DNA of 64,000 nucleotides from Candidatus Latescibacterota bacterium (GTDB lineage Bacteria; Krumholzibacteriota; Krumholzibacteriia; WVZY01): NCBI GenBank assembly GCA_963791045.1, contig CAWBQK010000011.1, positions 192,001 to 256,000 of the forward strand, read 5' to 3'. Shown piece by piece: positions 57,443 to 64,000 of this stretch (position 1 is its first letter; each line of letters starts with the position of its first letter). The notes under the pieces were generated by a model. It saw only the letters and a program-made list of their open reading frames with translations, ran no database searches and was not told where the DNA came from. The position numbers and the translations under genes were made by a program.

Positions 57443-58135
57443 TTAGTCAAAGAACTTCTCCTGAATCTGCTTCCACTCCGTCTCGTTCAGGAAGTCGATC
57501 AACCCGTAAGCGGGCAGACCGCCATCCTGGAGCGTTTGACCCAGAACAGGGTTGGCGGGAGCGACCGTAGCGAGGATCACCTTGAGGCGCTGAACCTCGC
57601 GGCTGAGCCAGTCTTTGGCTGACTCGCCCAGAAGCAGACTTTTCTGGAACACTGCGGTGCTGGCGGGCTTGATCCGGTAGACCCAGCCAGCGGCGAACGG
57701 CTCGGTGCCGTACATTTCGTGACTTTCGAGCAGTTCGGAGTTCACATCTTGAATTACGCCGTCGACCGGGGCACGGAATGTCGCGGTCCGGTCTCCGTGG
57801 CGAAGCTTCAGTAGAACGTCGCCTTTCTTGACCCGGTCGCCGAGGGCGCGGGTCTGAACGCTGTCGACTTTGCCGAGGATTGACTGGGCAAAATCATTAA
57901 TACCGACCCGTGCGGAGCCGGATTCTTCGAGGAAGAGCCATGTGTGACCCGGATCGAAGAATACGCCATTGGGGGTCCGATACCTGAGCTGAGCGGCCGG
58001 GTGCGCCATCGCGCTTACCGCGCCCATCTGGCCAGCCATCTGGGTAACCGCCACCGTGGCGGTCTGCCGACGCTGAACGAGATAATCGATCGTCAAGAAG
58101 CAGAGAATCGAAAGAAGTACGAGTAGAGCGACCAT
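57443..58135 (-). CDS. Membrane-anchored glycine cleavage H-like protein (no lipoyl lysine)
   Basis: N-terminal TM; GHTW, ARVGINDFA, APVDG.I..VN, GWV; tail TLQDGG; RBS GAGGAGG. Confidence 0.85.
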   Translation of the reverse strand: MVALLVLLSILCFLTIDYLVQRRQTATVAVTQMAGQMGAVSAMAHPAAQLRYRTPNGVFFDPGHTWLFLEESGSARVGINDFAQSILGKVDSVQTRALGDRVKKGDVLLKLRHGDRTATFRAPVDGVIQDVNSELLESHEMYGTEPFAAGWVYRIKPASTAVFQKSLLLGESAKDWLSREVQRLKVILATVAPANPVLGQTLQDGGLPAYGLIDFLNETEWKQIQEKFFD

Positions 58136-58239
58136 TTGTTGAACCTCCTCAAGGTGTCCGAAAAAGAATCTTTACTGTTTCTGTAGCCATTTTCATCACT
58201 TTGTAACCGTGTGTATGTTGTCTACGCTTACTTGTATAG

Positions 58240-58254
58240 GCATAGACCGGACCG
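58240..58254 (-). promoter_or_regulatory. Probable sigma54 promoter of the gcvH-like operon
   Basis: Minus strand CGGTCCG-GTCT-ATGC with GG-N10-GC spacing. Confidence 0.45.
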
Positions 58255-58371
58255 AAAACGCAAAGAAAGCGTGAAATTTTTAACAAGCTTTTAACTCATT
58301 GAATGTATATATGTTATGAGGGTCGATCGCGAGGTTGTGGGGCGTGGTTCAAGGGACGGCCAGGAGGGTGT

Positions 58372-58499
58372 TGTTGAAGAACTCAACAGGTGTTTTTGGG
58401 GATTTCAGTATTCAACGACCCTATGTGTTTGTTATGACTTCGATTAAGTGGGTGTTTAATAATTAAACACCCGCTGTTGAATAGTTAAACAATTCAACA
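58372..58499. promoter_or_regulatory. Array of TGTT(G/T)AA-N3-(T/C)T(C/A)AACA-like palindromes, candidate activator sites
   Basis: TGTTGAAGAACTCAACA (58372), TGTTTAATAATTAAACA (58453), TGTTGAATAGTTAAACA (58475). Confidence 0.65.
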
Positions 58500-58609
58500 C
58501 TTGTGGTGCAGGGGCGTTGACTATTTATACAGCCCTCTGTAACGGCCTTTAGTATGGAGCGATTACAGAGGCCTCTCGGAGATTAGCCGGTGAGTCCTGC
58601 GTTCCCGGT

Positions 58610-60848
58610 CTACAGGTTCTCTTCGAAGAATCGTGTCATCTTTGTGAAGAGGTGGGCGCGGGCGGTGTTCCCGCCAATACCATGCCGACCCCTGGGGTAG
58701 ACCATCAGATCAAAGTCTTTCCCCGCATTTATGAGCTCGCTCACCAAAACCATGGTGTTCTGGGCGTGGACGTTGTCGTCCGATGTCCCGTGAGCGAGGA
58801 AAAAAGCGCCCTGAAGGTTGGCGGCGAAGTTCGCCGGAGACGATTCATAGTAACCGTCTTCATTGTCCTGGGGCCGTTTCATATACCGCTCGGTATAAAT
58901 GAGATCGTAGAAGCGCCAATCGGTGACCGGCGCCACGGCCGCCCCGGCCTTGAACACGCCGGGGGTTTTGAGCATTGCCATCGCGGTCATGGAACCGCCA
59001 CCGCTCCAACCCCAGATTCCGATTCGCGACCCATCGACATAGGGTAGAGATTCGAGATACTTCGCGCCCGCCACCTGGTCGTCGAGTTCTCGCTGGCCCA
59101 TCGTTTCGAGCGCCGCCTCCTCCCACGCTTTCCCCCGGCCGAAAGAACCGCGGTTGTCGAGACTGAATACGATGTACCCGCGCTGGGTCATCATCGAGTG
59201 CCACAGGTAGAGCATGCGACCCCATGTATTGCGTACCACCTGGCCGTTGGGATAGGCATAGGTGTATACGATCACCGGATATTTTTTTGAAGGATCAAAG
59301 TCAACTGGTTTGAGCATTGAACAATAGAGGTCGTGCCCTTCACCCGAGGTGATTGTGAGAAACTCCGGTTCGGGGAGATTGTACTCATTGAGTTCGGTGA
59401 TATCAGCCTCGTCGAGGGTGAACAGCATCTTGCCGTCCGCTTTGTGGACCGTGATCACCCGCGGCGTCGTCGTATTCGAAAACCGGTCTATATAATACTG
59501 ATTGTCGGGTGACATCGTTATCCCATGCGATCCCGCGCGTTTTGTGATTCTTTTTGGAGAGCCGCCTTTTTCGGTCGTACGGTAGAGGTGGCGTTCGAGA
59601 ATCGATTTCTCCAGCCCTGTAAAGAAGATGTGCCCTTTCTTTTCATCCACACCGCTGAGCCCATACACTGTCCAGTCGCCTTCCGTCAGTTGGCGTACCA
59701 GCGTGCCGTCGGTCTTGTACAGAAACAGGTGCAAAAACCCGTCGCGGTCCGAACTCCAGACAAAGAGATCCTTCGTCTCATAATAGTGCTTTATGTATGT
59801 CGGTGTGATCCATGCCTGTGATGTGTCCGCGAAAAGCTCGCGGATGTCACCCGTCGCGGCATCGGCAAAGAGGAGTTTGAGCTCGTCCTGGGCGCGGTTG
59901 AGCTTCTCGATCGCGAGACGCTTGCTGTCGCCCAGCCAGTACAGACGCGGCAAAGTACGAGTCGTCCGCAGTATCCACATTCATCCATGATGTCTCTGCC
60001 GGCTGCGATGTCGATCACACCCACACGAACGATCGGCGCACGGGTCTCCCGGCTAGCGGGTAGCGCTGCATCTCCGCGGTGTTGTGACGGGGATGAAATC
60101 GACGATGGGGAATTCGGGAATGGCGCTTTCGTTGAACTGGAGAAAGGCGATTTTTTTGCTGTCCGGCGACCACCAGTACGCGCGGACATCACCGCGCGTA
60201 AAAAGCTCCTCCATATAGACGTAGTCAAGAACGCCATTGAGAAGTGTATCGCTGCCGCCCGTCGTGAATTGTGTTTCCTGATTTGTGTCGAGGTCGACCA
60301 TCCAGATATCGTTGTCCCGGGTGAAAGCGATTTTTGTGACGTCAGGCGAAAGCACCGTGTTGTCTTCGTAAGCGTCGTTGTGAGTGCGCCGGATGACCTT
60401 TCCGGTTTTGCCGTCGAATGTGAAAATCTCGTCCCGGAAATGGATCAACATGAGATCGCCGGTCTCCGACCACCGGTAACTTCCAAAGCTGAAGTGATCC
60501 TCCTCAGTTTCCGCCAGATCCGGCCGGGACCGTGATGGTGTCCGCGATGCAAAGTGTTCTCTGTTTGCCCGAGGGGATGTCGCGAACGACAAGATGGGTC
60601 TCGTCATCCACGTCTTCGAGGTAGGAGATCCCCCGGCTGTCGGGGAGCCAACGGATACCCGACGGTGCCGCTCCCGTAAGCGAAGGGGTCGCAAAAATGC
60701 GCTCGATCGTCAGCATCTTTTTAACGGGGGTGGTCTCGCCGGTATCGTCCGAAGCGGCTCCCGCGGAGGCGGAACCGTAAAAAACCGACAAACCAATTAT
60801 CAACGCAAGCGCCGTCAATATGATGCGCGACGATGTGACCGCTCTCAT
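58610..60848 (-). CDS. Dipeptidyl peptidase IV (S9B), several frameshifts
   Basis: NGVLDYVYMEE, WWSPDS, GWSGGG, HGTSDDNVH, YPRGRHGI spread over ORFs 60504.., 60053.., 59791.. and 58610..; RBS AGGAGG before ATG 60848. Confidence 0.9.
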
Positions 60849-61275
60849 TTGTTTCCTCCTAGGGGCATCTTTCTGTGCAGGCGGGGTTTGTGCGAAATCA
60901 ATTAGTAGCGATTCTAGCACATGCCGTGAGCCAATTAAATCGAATAGTCGCACCGGCTTGGGGGTTGGAAGGGTGGTTTTTGGCTTGATAATCGCGCACC
61001 GACGCCACATTATGTGGGGGACGCGGAATGTGGTTGATGCGGCACGGGGCCGCTCCTCACTGAGCCATCAATTTGAGCCATCCAAATTTCGCTTTTTCAA
61101 ATACCAAATTGCCCCCATCCAGGGGCATCCGGAATCCGGGCGAGTGACGGGGATTATCGCGTAAATCCCGCCCAAATCTGCCGGTTCGGGACAGTTCGGT
61201 GTAACGATCGTCAGTTTTTTTCGTATAAATCCTTATAATCTCCAATCCATGTGTTTCATCAGGAGGTGCCACAGC

Positions 61276-64000
61276 ATGCTCAGGTTACGGATTTTGGCTA
61301 TATTCGCGCTTACACTGGCCGTAATTGGCAGTTACGCGTTTGTCACTCCGTCCTCCGCCAGCACCGGCGACGCGGCCGCAGTAACCATCAGTGATGGTGA
61401 CGGCGGTTCGGTTCAGGGTGACCCGGCCGGTGACGGCGAAGAGAAGGAACCCAAGGCGAAGCGGGAAAAACGACCCTCATACAGGGACAAGCTCGAGGGA
61501 CGGAACAAATCCCAAGCTCCTCCCAAGCCCAAGCAGAAACCCAAGTACAAGAAATGGAAAGAGGTTCTCAAGGATGCGGAGGCCCAGGAAGGTCTCTTCA
61601 CGGTCCACACAAAACGTGAAGACGTATTCTTCGAACTCAAGGAAACCGACCTGGACAAGCCTTACCTGGCCATCCTGACCCTCTCCCAGGGGATGGGGAC
61701 CCGAATGGTGTTTGGCGGCCTCGTCATTACCGAGATGATGTTTGATTTCCATCGCGTTGAAGACCACGTTCAGCTACGGATGCTTAATACGCGGTTCCGG
61801 GCGAGCGACGATCCCGAACTCCAGAAGGCGCTTGAGCTCTCCTACGGCAACTCGATCCTCGCGAGCTCCCGATCATGAGTGAGAACGAGAAGGACAAAGC
61901 CGTTCTCGTCCAGATGAACAAGTTTTTCCTCTCGGACATCTCCGATGTGGGTTTCTTCCTGCAGCTGGTTCTTCGCAAACCCGTGCGGATGGATCCCAAA
62001 AAAGGCGTATTCAGGAAAATCAAATCGTATCCCAATAATATCGAGATCGACGCGCTGCTCACCTATTCTCCGGCCGACCGGAGAGGGTTGAACCTTCCGT
62101 CGGTTCCCGACAGCCGCTATATCGAAATCGGCGTGCATTACAGTCTTCACACACTCCCCGAAGAGCCAATGAAACCGCGGCTCGCCGACGACCGTGTCGG
62201 TTACTTTCTGACTCCGCACAAAGATTTCACAAGGGATGAGAAGGAAAGCTTCTTCGTCCACTACGTCAACCGGTGGAGACTCGAAAAGCAGGATCCGAGC
62301 GCGGATCTTTCCGAACCGGTCGAACCCATCGTCTACTATGTAGACAGCACGGTTCCCATGAAGTACCGCAAGTATGTAAGAGAAGGAATCGAGATGTGGC
62401 AGCGCGCGTTCGAAAAGGCCGGGTTCAAGAATGCGATTATCGCGAAGGACGCGCCGACACCCGAAGAGGATCCCGAGTATGATCCCGAAGATGCCCGGTA
62501 CAATACGGTTCGATGGATCGTGTCCGACCAGCCGTCCTTCGGCGCGATCGGACCGTCGAGTGTCGATCCGAGGACCGGGGAGATTCTTGACGCCGACATC
62601 CTTATCGAGCAGAGCATGATCATGGGATTCCGGTTCAACTACCGCCGGTTTGCCGGTCCGGACGCGATCAGCATGCTGGATCCAATGCTCCAGTATCTCG
62701 AAAATCCGGAAGAAAACGCTGAAGCCGCCGAACGTATCGAGCTCCATAAGACATGGGGCACCGCTGCTGCGCCCACTTTGGCGTCGGGTTTGCCAACGGC
62801 TTTGATTTCATGAGCCTCGCACTTCTCGCCGACGGCGTCATGGAGCCGGGCATGGAAGTTCCCAAAGAGTTTATCGGCGAGGCCATCAAGTTTGTGGTGT
62901 GCCACGAGGTTGGTCACACGCTCGGTCTCCGTCACAACTTCAAGAGCAGTGCCGCGACACCTTTCGCACAACTCAACGACCGTTACAAAATCGGTGAAAT
63001 CGGCATGGCGGGTTCGATAATGGATTATCCGTCACCGAACGTGTCACGCGACCGTACGCGTCAGGGTTTCTACTATTCGCCGACCGTCGGGACATATGAT
63101 CAGTGGGCGATCGAGTGGGGTTACACCACGGTTCCTGGCGACAAGAGCGTTGACAAGGAAGCCATCGCTCTCAGGGAGATTGCCGATCAGTCTTCGCTCA
63201 AAGCGCACACTTATGCGACCGATGAGGACACTTATCCGGCCGGCGCGCTCGATCCGCTTTCCGCGATCTGGGATCTCAGCGATGATCCGCTCGCATGGGC
63301 GCAGGAGCGCATCGGTGTCTGTGAGGATATCGTCGCCAGCGGCAACCTCGAAGAACGCGTCGTCGGCGAAGGCAGCAGCTATGTCCCGCTGCGCGGGGCC
63401 GCGACGACAATTATCATGCAGAAGTACATTGCGGTGTCCAAGTCGATCAAGTACATCGGCGGACAGTACACGGCGCGGCCGCACAAAGGCGCCAACGACG
63501 GGGAAATGCCGCTGATGCCGGTGCCCGCGGCCAAACAGAGAGAGGCCTTCGACTTTATCGTGGCGAACGGTTTCTCGAACGGCGCGTTTGCGCTTCCTCC
63601 TGAAATGATGAACATGCTTGCGGACGACAAGATGCGTGACTGGCAGAACCCGATCTGGGCCTACGGCCGCCGGTTTGACTTCCCGATGATCGGTTGGGTC
63701 GGCGCCGTCCAGAACGCGCTTCTCCGCCAGATGCTCCAGCCGATGCTGCTTCAGCGCATTGCCGAGGCGGAGTACAAGGTGGAGGACCCGTACCGTTTGT
63801 CCGAACTCTTTGGCGGGCTCACCAAGACCATCTGGTACGACAACCTTGTAGCCGATGGTCAGACGGCGATGCTCGAACGAAATCTGCAGCGCATATACCT
63901 CCACCATCTCATCGCGATGACGGTGAGTCCGGCGGGCGGTACGCCGCACGAAGCGGTCGCGTTGGCACGATTGCATTTGACGCGCCTGCAGTCGCAGCTT
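61276..64000 (+). CDS. EcxA-like zinc-dependent metalloprotease (DUF5117/DUF4953 type); frameshifted, runs off the window
   Basis: PRLADDRVGYF, RWRLEK, PIVYY, EDARYN, DPRTGEILDAD; HEVGHTLGLRHNF at about 62903 and Met-turn GSIMDY in the third frame. Confidence 0.88.

Noticed and set aside
57443-58135. Calling the gene gcvH
   Set aside because: Lacks the lipoyl-lysine motif, has a TM anchor, and no gcvT/gcvP nearby
325-64000. About eleven split genes (cusB, TolC, 5099-6774, 17568-18234, sppA start, ZU5-like, TPR activator, LVIVD, 40535-41178, DPP-IV, EcxA-like) as pseudogenes or programmed frameshifts
   Set aside because: Breaks are small indels, several in homopolymer runs, across unrelated genes with otherwise intact motifs. 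This fits long-read assembly error better; read-level polishing would settle it

Overview
Moderately GC-rich bacterial window. Four secreted proteins end in a 'PNPFNP..I.Y...VYD..G..V..L....WDG....G..V.SGVYF.RL' FlgD-Ig/T9SS-like sorting domain and one ends in a 'TWGKIKALY' tail, which suggests an FCB-related candidate phylum such as Krumholzibacteriota, Latescibacterota or Eisenbacteria (inference). Contents in order: a CusCBA-like heavy-metal efflux operon with a divergent YHS/TRASH lipoprotein; OsmC-family gene; secreted beta-propeller and FG-GAP proteins; a TPR-PEGA / STAND-ATPase-PEGA / kinase-STAND operon; sppA and phhA; a lipoprotein with a Cys-knotted, bacteriocin-like C-terminus plus a small membrane protein and a convergent candidate sRNA; a kinase-ATPase-TPR gene and a TPR-sigma54 activator preceded by a small secreted peptide, both flanking an AT-rich region with sigma54 promoters and a structured orphan transcript; an LVIVD protein; a methyltransferase; a protease-kinase-lipoprotein module; an S8 peptidase; an orphan sigma54 transcript; a GcvH-like / 4Fe-4S / NrfD-c7 / two-component / archaemetzincin module; DPP-IV; and an EcxA-type metalloprotease. 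About eleven genes carry indels, most likely long-read assembly errors. At least eight -24/-12 sigma54 promoter matches are visible. The best candidates for undescribed systems are the peptide / TPR-sigma54 activator cassette (about 29.6-36.4 kb) and the sigma54-driven lipoprotein-toxin / immunity / sRNA locus (21.9-23.3 kb). No rRNA, tRNA, CRISPR array or mobile element was seen.
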